Assembly (NCBI GenBank): GCA_051294905.1
Contig: CM119373.1
Location: forward strand, 4,404,001 to 4,468,000
DNA: 64,000 bases
Direction of reading: 5' to 3'
Source of the DNA: Botryllus schlosseri
Taxonomy: Eukaryota
In this document: in pieces, positions 13,475 to 25,744 of the stretch
How the letters are laid out: each line of letters starts with the position of its first letter
Position numbering within the stretch: the first letter of the stretch is position 1
Position numbers and translations under genes: made by a program
Notes under the pieces: model-generated
What the model was told of the DNA's origin: nothing
The model's input: the letters and a program-made list of their open reading frames with translations, nothing else
Databases searched by the model: none

Positions 13475-14021
13475 ATGCCCAGATCAGCCTACCTTACAAT
13501 TTGTTCTGCTGTGGAAAAGAAGGAGTGGGCCATCTACTTTGATGGGGAGACAGTCCGAGATATCAACAGCTTCCATGAGGGATTTGCAGTGATGCTTTCA
13601 GTCTACTGGATATTCGACATACAGTTTTCGACAAACATCAGAAATTCCCTCACTTTCATGTCAGTTCTAGCACACTGTTGAAAGAGATGAGTTCTGCTGT
13701 TCGCACCAAACTTGGTAAAATCTGAGACTAATTTGAAAATAAAGTTTTGGAATAAAGGCGATGTTGTGATTTATGTCAGAGTGGATTATGAAGATTTAAT
13801 TTAGATGTTGTGCGCATCGAAGTCGTTTGACGAAGATATCCGGATAGGATGAGGTGGTATCTGGATAGGCTGATGAGGTGGTTTACCGATAGCATAGGGG
13901 AGGAAAATTTTCCACCTAAAATAGGTGGGGGAGCCCACCACCTTTTACGGGTGGAGAAAATACCACCTCCTTTGGGTGATTTTTGAAACACCTCTGTAAG
14001 GTGGCCACAGTTTTTACAGTG
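13475..14021 (+). mobile_element. EnSpm/CACTA-like right end with last exon of a SAMD3-like accessory gene
   Basis: TTTCTTCAG acceptor, then ...EWAIYFDGETVRDINSFHEGFAVMLSVYWIFDIQF..., homologous to 59200-59460; AATAAA signals; terminus TTTTTACAGTG at 14011-14021. Confidence 0.6.
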
Positions 14022-14079
14022 TAGGCTGAGAGGCTACATATATGGAGACTGGATAAACGAATATGTTTTTTTTATTCAG

Positions 14080-14738
14080 CGTGCAAAGTATCTCGGTTCC
14101 GATTTTGTGAAAAGAAACATTTTCAATACGGGAAGTATAGAGGCACATTGCCGAACATGCAGTCATTCAGCACATGTTTCTGGATGGCAAAGTTGACTGA
14201 ATCTCCTGGATCAAAGCAATCAATCGTTAGCTATTGCAAAATTGGCTCCTTCTCTTGCAATACCATCGTAATATGGGTAAAGGATGGAAAAATCAGAGTC
14301 GAGATGCGTTCAAGTTCGCATTCATTTGAACACAATGTGACCGCGAAAACGAGTTATTGGCATCGTACGCATCTGTGCGTTGTGAAATCTGTGACTGCGG
14401 TCAGTGCTTACATAAACGGCTCAATCAATGGTATCGTGAACATCAAAAATGGAAGTATACCAGGAGACGGGGTTCTTATCTTGGGTCAGAATATGGATTC
14501 TATGGAAAATAAAAATTCGAACAAAATAAAACAAGATAAGCAAGGATTTCGAGGCGAAATAGAGGGATTTCAGCTTTGGAAAAGAGCTCTGAATAGGACT
14601 GAAATCGAATTTTTACACACCGCCGGTTGCAGTTGCTCGCGTGATGCGATCGTCACATTTACTGAGTCAGACTCCTTCGCGACTGGTAACTTATCAGCAA
14701 ACTGGAATATATCCTGCCTTGCACTACAGGGCGGATAA
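14080..14738 (+). CDS. Pentraxin-domain terminal exon (paralog A; upstream exons not found in window)
   Basis: TTTTTATTCAG phase-1 acceptor; open frame CKVSRFRF...SFSTCFW...SYC...CNT...THLCVV...AYING...IPGDGVLILGQNMD...QGFRGEIEGFQLWKRAL; same exon boundary as paralogs B and C. Confidence 0.85.
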
Positions 14739-17322
14739 TTCGGTCAGGAGTCTAACATGTATATCGGGCGCCGGTTTCTATGGAACACGATGTTGCATCA
14801 GAGAATTCTATTTGCTCATACCCAATGTACCATATATCAACAGTCTCTAAAATAGGTTCTTTTCCATGCTATACTATGCCTTTTCTCCTTCATTATCCTA
14901 TGATAATAATATTTGTATCTATTGCTCGCATAGCTGATGCTCAAATTTAATTGCATGAATGAGGAGCAGTATAATTAGCGAATTTCCAGGATGCTAACTT
15001 ATAAAGCACCACCCGTGATCGTTTTATTCCTATGTTGTTGCATTTTATTCATCGTTGTCAGCTAGCAATACTCGATTTGTGGCGATTGTTTATCAGTTAC
15101 ATCAGTTTTCTTTCAGTAATTCCTCCATTAAATGATTTCAGTGAACGGAAAGTAATGATTTAGCTAAGGCTTATATCTAGGCCGATATTTTGGAACGCGT
15201 CTGAAACGATGAAGGTCAGAGCCGATGGGATAATTATGCAGCAGCAAAGGCAGTGTAACAATACGGCAACAATCAGTCTCTCGCGGGACGTATGAGAATA
15301 AACTTGCCTATGGATCACGTCAAGTCATATCATATATATTTATATAAATATCGATATAACCGAGTGACTTCACGACACTACAGTATCATATTTGTTTAAA
15401 AATCACTCCAGCTTAGAGTAAATAAAATAAAAGAAATGAAGGAAGGTCATCGGCCTACACGCCATGTCCCTGTTCTGAAATGTAAACTACACTGAGTTGA
15501 CCTTGAGTTTGCACTCTCTACTCCAGTACGGTTGTAACTGTTGGCTTGAGCTGAATAGATCACTGAAGATGCTCGATCGCTTGTTCTAGCATTCTCGGTA
15601 GCGAGGGTGCTCGGTTAGGATACCTTACCAGGATTGTGGAGTTGGTAAATTTTACCACCGACTCCAACTCCGAATCCGTCTACCGAGTCGTTGAAGGTGC
15701 CGTCTCCAACACGAACTCTTACTTCTACTCCGACTCCGAGAGTAGGGGGGACCGGGGACAATTGTAACACTTTTTGTGCTTTCTAACATTACGAGTTTTT
15801 TTTTTTCGTGGAAATTTTATTTCCAACGTTTTATATAAAGAAGCTAACAATTCGATAGTGGATATAAAAACAACAATGGAACTCGATCAACCATACATCA
15901 TTAAAATTTTGGATCACGAAAATTGTCGCCGAAATGTTACAATCGCCCCCTTCCCAGGGGCAATTGTACCACCCGTGTTGGGCAATCGTAACAGGGTTAT
16001 TTATAAATAAAAACGAAAGAAATTAACAACGAATTGGGGCACTAATCGTATATTGCATAAGACTAAATAAAGAAATGTTGGGACGCTATCAGGCGACGCT
16101 CCATCGCAGTTTTTGCATCTGAATACAGCAACACCCATCGTGCATTCTTCACCAGCCCAAAGTGCACAAGAAACACATTCATCCATTTATATACTAGGCG
16201 AGAGACTTGTCAAAATGTTCAACAAAAATCAGGCATATGTTAGATTCATATATTGTTGATGATTATCGTGATTGTATAGGTCTAGTTATTCCTATAATTT
16301 GGTTTTTAATTGGAGTGTCGGTAATTATGGCAGATTCGCGCCTTCTTCAATTATAGTGTCTTTTCGCGGTGGTGCTTTAGGAAATGACAGGACCATAACT
16401 GGAGGAATAAATTCGCCATTCCAGGAAATTCCGGAAAGCTCTAAATTAAAATCTGCCTATGGTGCAATCTGGATAACATCTAGCGAATGGATATTTTGGC
16501 ATACGTCGTTATTAGGAACTACATCTCCCAACACATATTTTGCTTCTGCTACAAAGGTGTTGTTGTTCAGCGTGCACAACAGGTGGAGCACTCGGTCAGC
16601 TGCGAACGTGCTAAATCGACTTGACATTTGTTTGTTGAATGGTCGTCCGATAAAGGTGCAGCAAAATGAGGAAATAAAATTCTGTGGCGTCAAAGCCAAT
16701 GACATTCTTCCAAATGACAAAATGTAGCCTAAGTGGGCCTTACTCAAAGTCAGGGGATCTGGATTGAGTTGTTCAGTCACGAGCAAATTATTAAATGACC
16801 ATTGAAGTCGAGACACCAAAAGTCATTAAACATGAGAATGGATGTTAAAATCACGGAATAACCGTACCATTAGATTCACATCATTCATGTTCGATCTGTC
16901 CGTTACCGATCATGTTAGAATCGGCGTGGAGAAGATAGTAACTGTTTTGGTATTGAACTTCTGACTATTGCAAGATTCATTAGCAGTAGACAAATGAGTT
17001 CAACCGGCATATGAACAAAGATATTCAGCATTGACATGATATTGCAACCTCTGCGGGGCAAAAGTAACACGATGTTACAAGTGCCCCTGACACGCTCGAC
17101 CATGATTACTGTGTCAGTATGGTACTTTCCTGTCTATGCCAGTACGAGTCTATGCCAGCTGCATATATTACGTAGTAACCACTTGAAGACGTCTGACCAA
17201 CTTATTCTAGACCAGAAGATATTTACTCACGTGTCAAAAATTTCGTTTTTCCAAATTATTCCAGGGTTTCACGTTGCAGCTCACCATAACTTCGGGTAGG
17301 CCTATATTAGGAAACAAAACTA

Positions 17323-19799
17323 CCGTAATTTTCCGAATATAGTACGCCCCCATGTATAATACACATCCTTAACATGACGTGTAAATTCTGGGGAAAAGCC
17401 TGCACTCATTACGCATCATACATTCGCGATATATGAGTATTTATGTTTTAGTGGGCTATTCGATTTCATTCTATTTGGCGATGTCACTGTTAAACAATCA
17501 TGACATAACGATCGCTAATCATTATACACGTAACGGCATTGTCTCTAAACCAGTGGTTCCCAACCTTTTTCGGTGTGAGGGCCAAATTTATAATTTCAAA
17601 GTACGGTGGGAGCCGCACGAATAAAAACATTAGTATAGCAAAAATTATAAAGTAAGGCTACCATACGTCCTCCTTTAAGAGGGTTTGTCCTCTTAATTGA
17701 CTTTTTTTAAAGTGTCCTCGGAGGACGCCCAAATGTCCTTTTTTGAGATTTTGTCCTCTTTTACGAGAATGTTGGGTAAATATAGGGCAAAATCGACTGA
17801 GATACAGTAAATCACCACTGAAGTAACGCTCCGGCGGGTATTTCGATAGCTGAGCCAGAAAGTTGACCTTTTTCTTAGTCAACCGACCACGAAGTGTGGA
17901 AACTTTACCATTTTTTCAGGATTTTTCACCAGTTTTTAAAGTCTGAAAATTTTGAAAAAGTGTCCCATTTTAAGATTTAGAAATATGGTAACCCTATCAT
18001 TAAAGCACGTACCAACTTGATCAAATGACTAATTAGCCTATTGCAGCTTTATAGAATTTGTGACTGCTTTAGATCAATAAAAAGTTCACAAAATAGAGTA
18101 AAGTTGAGGAGAACTGGACAACTGCTGCTGGGTTTTGCCGTAATCATAGATTTCCAACATACAGATTGATGCGCAGCACATGATACACGGTTTGAACGCT
18201 GAGAGGCCTACTGCTGAGCCCGGTAAAAGCAGCATAATTGGTTGTCCTATAACTGGCGATCCGAGCTTCCATATTTAATATGTCTAATATGTCCGGTCTT
18301 AATCCAGTGGTTCCCAACCTATGGTGCGCATACCACTAGTGGTAGCCTACGAGAAGGTCTTCCAGGTGATACGCGAGTAGATTCTGTTTTTTTCTCGACC
18401 GAAGGTAGTTATTAAATCAGGTAGGGTTGATTTTTAGTTTTTTGAAGTCGTCGAGGGTAGGGGTAATCCCACCAATGACAGCGTACGGGGAGGAGATCTA
18501 GTCGTAAAGCATTGGGATTTTTGACCGTCTTCGGCGCGCGTAACTCATGTAGGTGGTACGCGAGCACTGCATAAAATCTCGAAATGGTATAGTTGGGTGG
18601 GAAAAGGTTGGGAACCACTGTCACGATCGAAAGCAAGTGTCGCACTGACTCAGAAAATACAAATTTAAATATGGCCAAGGCAATGAAACGAACCCAAAAT
18701 ATCATTAAAATATGTAAATTTGCATAGTTCCGAACAATCGCTCGACGCCACTATCCATTGTTATGGTCAGTGTCTTGCCGCGTTCCCATTGTTCAGAACG
18801 ATCAACCTTCGGCGGCTATTTCGGAGTAGTTTTATTGCCCTGGCCAGATTTGAATTCGCATTTTCGGAATCAGAGCGGCACTAGATTTCAATAAAGACCG
18901 GACATATCAAATTATTCGGACGCTTGGGTCGCGAACCATAGGACTACCGATTATGCTGCTTTTAGCCTACTCAGCAGTATACGCATCTCGGCGTATTCAA
19001 CCGTGAGTCACGTGTTGTACATCTATCTGTAGATTAGTTATCAATACCTATATCTATAGCTACTACTCTGTAGGGCACATTGCCTTGAAACACTAGTGAC
19101 GTAACGTTAGCACTATACTCACAACTTTCCTGCAATCCTAATTAAAAATATAATTTTTTTTTTGTATCACAAATCGATTTGTCAATATTTTGGGGGGAGT
19201 CGCAAGAAGGCTAGCTGGGGGCCGCAGTTGGGAAACACTTCTCTAAACGATAGTAGATAGCAGCCAAAGCCTGCGAGGCCCTCGACGCGACAGTTCAAAC
19301 CAGCGACATCTTGCGCACGGGGCCTATCACAGATGTGATTGCTCAGGCCAACGATTATGTCGTGCGCACCAGGCCTGCTGGAGATGCGACTGTATAGTGT
19401 TTAGGCCAGCCATCACAGCTTGAGCACATGGCGTGTTGTATATGCGATTGTTCAGACCTGTCGTTGACGCGATGAATTAGGGAGGATTGTCACACGCGGG
19501 AATGCAGCAATTGATGACCTCATGTTGCTTGCGTACCAACGGCAAACCAACTCAACAGGATAACACTTGCTGTTGTACAGCGCAGACGCTAATTAGCAAC
19601 ACGCTTCTCGGTAATTGGCAGCGCGTAACACTGATATAACGAATTACGCGGCATGACAAACATGAAGAAAGGTGTGATTTCAAGTTATATTCCAAGAGAG
19701 ATCCATTTCAAGACTCGCTGTGCCCATGTATAATACGCACCCCCGATTTTAGGACAAAAAATCGGGAAAATTTGGCACATGATACATGGAAAATTACGG
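17323..19799. mobile_element. Tigger/pogo-type MITE flanked by TA
   Basis: TA-CCGTAATTTTCC...GGAAAATTACGG-TA; internal CCCATGTATAATAC repeats near both ends. Confidence 0.75.
17551..19240. mobile_element. hAT MITE nested in the Tigger-type MITE
   Basis: CAGTGGTTCCCAAC...GTTGGGAAACACTT; perfect 8-bp TSD CTCTAAAC. Confidence 0.8.
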
Positions 19800-20350
19800 T
19801 ATCTCATGCGCACTCAAAATATCAAGGCTGCTACCCTACCCTACCAGCAGTGAGTTCGATTGTTACATTTGTCTCCGGCCTCCCTACTGCAAATTTACTT
19901 CAGAAATTATTTGCCACAGCGACGTTTAAATGACTTTCACATAAGCATTAAACATATGCCCACATATTAATCACCATGACATGCAAAATAGCTACATCGT
20001 GGTACACCTCGACATATTCGCTGTACAATTAACATGAAAATATTGATTTCGAAATATGTTTTCTTTTTGGCATATGTTATAAGTTTTTCTAACATAGAAA
20101 AGCGCCAGCGACACTGTACTATGTGTAAATCATTCAAACATGATTTATATCCGATCCTGTACAAATAAAATGTAGATTAAAACAATGAAAGTGTAACTTT
20201 TGTGTGTGACTCATCAACTGATACAAAAATGTACAAATTATTATTATTATTACATGCTATTATACTGATCACAAGCACACACTCTTTTTCACCACTAATA
20301 AACTTAGGCCAGAAAGAAATTTAGGGAGTGTCCAAATAGCATATGTCTAC

Positions 20351-20697
20351 TAGTACGGAGCGAATTGGCAAATTCTCAGCTCCGACTCCGATATCCTGTT
20401 CTTCAATTCTCTGGTCCGGCTCCATTTCGGCTAGGGCTCATCCGGCTTCGGTCCATGTTCCACCCTACGAAGGCTCGATGGTTTCGTGAATTTATATATG
20501 CGGAACGGTCTTTCCGCACTGGCTTGGCGGTTACTGACGTATAGTTGGTTGGTTGGTTGGTAGATATTGAGTCACAAAACTGATGCTTTTTAAATAAAGA
20601 TTTTTGCCGTATCAAAAACGTACTGATCGAGTTCCGACCAAAATTGACAAAAATCCGGCCGGATATATAATCCGGCTTCGGTCCATGCTCCGCACTA
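20351..20697. mobile_element. hAT-type MITE with CCGGCTTCGGTCC repeats
   Basis: TAGTACGGAGC...GCTCCGCACTA; TSD ATGTCTAC/ATGTCTGC. Confidence 0.7.
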
Positions 20698-23600
20698 ATG
20701 TCTGCATGCACTTAGTCAAGTCAAGACTGTATTTACACACTTTCCTGAAAAAAATATTTGTAGGACTCAAGCGGCTAAGCTATTTACTAAATATTTTAAC
20801 TTTGTTAAGTGGGATGCAGCATTTGGTTATATTTGCATCAATTTTACAAGTGATATTGCCGCTTACAAAACCATACCATTGTTTATTATTTTATGGTAGC
20901 GTAGTATAATTCTGAAAATTTCACCAATTTGTCACTGCTCCAGTAATTTTCGGATGGTTTAATTGTTATTGTTTTCCTCTATATGTAACTGTATTGCAAT
21001 TTGTCAATGATGTCCAATTTTATCCATATCGTGACTACTAACAGTGATTGTTGGTACATACAACCCAATTTTATTTATTATTGGTAATTTTGACTGCACT
21101 TGTTTTCACATTAACTTTCGTCCGGCTGCATGGGTACAATTGTACCCATTCCAATTTTAAAATACGACAGTCTTTTTTCTAGAAACCCGAGAGACCTGAA
21201 ACTTCCTGACATCTCTATATTTCTGTGTTAGATTATACAGACTAAATGTCGAATAAGTTGGAGCCGGAGTCCGAGTCAGGAGCATTTTCGCATACTCTAA
21301 CCTCGGTCGGTGTTTTAAGACTTCGACTCCGACGCTATTCAGGGGAAAATAAACGAAACTCCGTCACCGACTCCACGACCCTGACTCTGCAGCCCGACTC
21401 CTTACTGGTCGGTTTCTGGCGTGTGTACATTTGGTTGACGTCTGGCTTGGTTGCTGTGTATTTACGTTGCATTCGTGCATGTTTATTAGGCTATCTGCAT
21501 GGTTTTGTATGTAAGCTTTGTGTCAATATGCTTTGACTTGTCTTGCGGGATGTGGTTATGTGAGCATATACGCATGTGATGTATATACATGATACGCATC
21601 ATACCCCTCGGTTTAAGTTAGTCAAACGTAATTTTGATAACTAATAAACTTTTGACCTCCCTGTAACCTCTATTCATACTACACAGTGCTGTCTACTCAC
21701 GCGAAACTTGCGTGCAATACCTCCGATGTGCTAATGAGCCAAGATTAGAAACTGACCAGTTATTCCATGTTTATTGTATGCCAAACTTTTTCACTGGCGT
21801 GTCACGTACAATATCACACCGAATGAAACTAATTTATGGATGGCGTGAATCTCTGAAAGGTTCAGGTTCGTGTGAACGCGAACCTTAATGAATGGTTCTG
21901 TGTGAACGTGAACGTGAGCGTCATGACGTCACGTGACGTCATATTGCTTATTCCTACCCTACATTTCAGTGCAGTGATAGGCTATATTATTGCACACGAT
22001 ACCAGCGACGACTCGGGCCACACAATGCCACAATTCTGAATTACGCATCGACGTTTTAAACGTCGCCAGATTTATCAACGGCGACAATCAACTGATATAA
22101 TAATCCCATAAAATCAATATCTTCCGTCACTTTGCCAACAATTTCGACGAGGACTTGCAAGGGAATGTAAGCTTACGTCTTAACGGTCTATGCCAGACCA
22201 GACAATGTATTCGACGTCTGAGTGTTGAGCAGAGTGCTAAACGGGTTTCTGTACTTGCTACCGATATTACCCCATTGACAAGTTATATCGCAGTAGCCAA
22301 AACTCCAATCGCCTGGATTTGGGTTTTATAATACAATAAACATATGAAGTCAAATTGTAGTAAGGGCATTTTATGAAATATTTCACAAATCTGTGAACTA
22401 TATTGTTACCAAACAATTTCTTCACCAATATGTCTGTCAAGGTCTCTTATAACATGTGTTAAAATGTTGAAGTTCAACTCTTGTGGGAAACCCAGAAAAA
22501 AACTGTTAAATTTGACAAATTTGAAAAAATAAAATAAAATAAAAAAATTGAAAAAAATATCTTTATCGGCTATAAGTAACTAAGGATGGGTTTAATAATG
22601 GTTTTTCATGTTTCTCAATTGATTGTTAAAATTTACATTTTACTACAGGCTGTTTTGTGGAAATATATGTAAAAGTAATGGCACTGATGGCATAGTTATC
22701 TAGTCATAAGTACACCGTTCAGTAATCCGATTCAACAACTTCTGTATACTGTATATTACTGGGTAACACACACATATATAGGCTCAAAACCAGTTCAGTA
22801 ATTCATTAAATACAGTTCTAAGCCATGCAGCAAGGTCTAAAACGGTATTTTCTGTATCATCCCGTTCTATAAGATGGACGCAATTGTACCGAAGTAAAAA
22901 AGCGGCTATTAATCTAGCACGGCCTTGTGTGAGTTCATTGTCAATTGTTACTGAATGGTTCGTCGCTGTTTCACCATAATTTCTGATCCTTGGCATATGG
23001 ATCAGCTTGGATCAGACGCTCATCTATCCAGGTAACACACTATGAGCAGTGGTGGTGGTTAATAAAGCCAACAATCCTGAGTTTCAACATTCCAACTGGA
23101 ATGGCTGGATGAAGAGAATCAATGGTAATGATGCAAAACAGCGCGCACAGATCGAGTTCCTTCCATTTATTGAAGGAGACCCCGATGACCTCAAAACCTT
23201 CTTCGCCAGTCTTAAAGAGTGCACACATGCAGCGCGTTGGGGTAGCTATAGTGACCGTCGATCTTCTGATTCGACTGAAGGCTATATATATAATGAAGCA
23301 GACAAATTTACCAGTCATTCCAAGGTTGAGTGGTTTTCACCTATTGAAATCTTATCTTGGACCAATTGGTGACAACTTGGAATATTCTGGGCTACTAGAT
23401 GTGATCCAGTTGATCTATGCTAGAAGCACAACAACCATCCACATCATGGATGGAGGATTTTTGACAAGGCAATCGCTCCTCGCCTCCTCGTCGATGCAGC
23501 TATCTATCAACATACAATGGAAATTGCCTTAACTGAGGATAAGCGTGGTGACATGAAGTCCTTCATGGAAAAGGTGACTGGTGGGAAAATGGGAGCCAGA

Positions 23601-23787
23601 CAGTGACCCAGTATTGCTGGTATTTGAGCGAAGGTGTGAAGAAACGTTCAATCGATTTGAAAAAAGAGGAAGAACACCTGCACTCTAGGTGGAGTACCAA
23701 TACATAGTAGATATGCCCAATGTCTTTATCAGAACCGAGTGACTCGCAGACCACAATGGAAATCTGTCCTGCATTGTTACCAAGATG

Positions 23788-24144
23788 AAGAGCTTCTTGG
23801 AGGTACAGAACTTCAATATACAATTAAATAGTATATTCATATTGAAATGAACCCGAATATTTTCGGCTGACACTCGTCAGGGGTAATCGTCAGCAACTAG
23901 TAGAGAATTGGAAAGAACATTGTATATCAACAATCGTATCACAAAATATGACGTCACCAGCATGAAATTTCGAATTGAACGTTCTCTCATTCGAAATTTC
24001 ATGCTGGTGACGTCATATTTTGTGATACGATTGTTGATATACAATGTTCTTTCCAATTCTCTACTAGTTGCTGACGATTACCCCTGACGAGTGTCAGCCG
24101 AAAATATTCGGGTTCATTTCAATATGAATATACTATTTAATTGT
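23788..24144. mobile_element. Perfect hairpin element (156-bp arms, 13-nt loop) with a 32-bp one-sided tail; possibly Penelope-like inverted termini
   Basis: Arms 23820-23975 and 23989-24144 are exact reverse complements; flanked by direct repeat ATTGTTACCAAGATG; older related copy at ~52583-53225. The structure is certain; the class assignment is not. Confidence 0.75.
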
Positions 24145-25213
24145 TACCAAGATGCTTCACACCTGCAGACCATCATCAGCGGTTCTCAAACTTTTTTCGG
24201 CACGCCCCTTGATAAAAAATTTCATCCCCCCCCTCTTATCGTCATATCGAAAAGTATTAAAAAGAGCAACCAATGTTTGCAACCCCAATGCATTGATTGG
24301 TGGCACGAAAGGTATTATGGCTGTTGAGACACTTCTCAAATATGTAGTTGCACTTGAATAATTTATTAAAAATAACCATGTGCAATGATAACATGTAGCA
24401 CATAAATGTTTTAGCGCTTTTGGTGCCTAGCCCCTTCTATTACCCCACTTGATTTTAGCTGGAACGGACCTGACCACAACCTAAATCAAAAACCAATGGC
24501 AGCTACACGCATTTACCAGTTACACTTCATTCAGGGACATCTTTTGATTAGTGCAAGGTTCGGTATCACTCAAAATCTAGCATCAGTGAGTGTGTGGATG
24601 GTACGGCGGAATTATGACATTTCAAATCGAAAGGCCTCATTAGGATTATTTCCATTGTTGAAACTGGAGGTTTCAGCACAAATTAAACTCATTCCGAATT
24701 CAAGAAAATCATTTCTCTCAGGCGGATTCGCGTCTCCCCTCAGATGCTTCCATGACCCCCCCCCCCCCCCCCCAGTTTGACAACCATCGCATTAGAACGT
24801 CTGCCGCCCACGGGAACCACGATGGTGAAGCCGCAGAGGAAGAATGAGCAACAGCATTTCTGGCCACAGATGTTGGGTGCCCACTCTCAGTCATCTGTCA
24901 GATGTCAACCGGTGAATGGAGGAGGACGTCAGTAGACATGTACCCCTTCACAGAGAGCTTACCAAGACAGATGAAGCGAGATGCGGGGGCCAATGAACTT
25001 GACCTAAAATGGTTTGAAGAAATGAAGCCATTCGTCAACGATGGATAAAAGGGGTTGCTCATGTATTTCTCAACTGGATTCACAAGTATACGGTTGATGA
25101 CGTAGTCGAAATACGGAGGGAGCAGCTGAATTTGGAATGGCCATTGGCCATGCAGATCAACCTGGATGAAATGTCAGTGACGCCGACCATGGTTGTCATG
25201 TCAAAGGTGAAAA

Positions 25214-25744
25214 CAGGGTTTCAATGACTCGAGTCACGATTTTTTATGACTCGAGTCATTTTCTAAAAATACGGATCTGTGTATTGACTCGAGTTCTTGA
25301 GTCATTGCGCATGACTCGAACTAAGTCATATGACTCGAGACTCAGACGGCCAAGACCAACATTTTATGGTAATTTCGAAGAATAGTAAAGTAACGAAACT
25401 TGGGATTTCGTCTAATGGTACTTGTACTTGACAATGCGACCAGAAATTACTAAAAGTGAGGAAAACTAGTGTATTAGAAATGCGAACCATTCGATATCAC
25501 CAAACAGAGTTATAAAAAAGGGGATTTAACATGGCTTTAACTGAAAACTGAGCAGTATCAACACAATGACTTGGACTTGGACTCGATCCATAATACCATG
25601 ACTCGGAGTCAACCCGCAGCTCGCTGACTTGGACTCGGACTTGACTCGGCGGTGAATTGAAAATGACTCGACTTGACTCGAGTCAAAACTATAAAATTGA
25701 GATTGACTTCTGACTCGGAGCCTTATGAGTTGGTTACAACCCTG
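25214..25744 (+). mobile_element. hAT-type MITE (CAGGGTT...AACCCTG) inside the Academ element
   Basis: Terminal inverted repeats and GACTCGAGTC repeats; homologous to 1-398. Confidence 0.8.

Larger units (their letters stand above)
15741..19888 (-). mobile_element. Decayed pogo/Tigger-like DNA transposon with nested MITEs
   Basis: TIRs AGTAGGGGGGACCGGGGACAATTGTAACA / TGTTACATTTGTCTCCGGCCTCCCTACT; minus-strand transposase-like remnants (ALTPQNFISSF...PFN) and a PHD-like Cys cluster (CVSCALWAGEEC...FRCKNCD). Confidence 0.65.
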
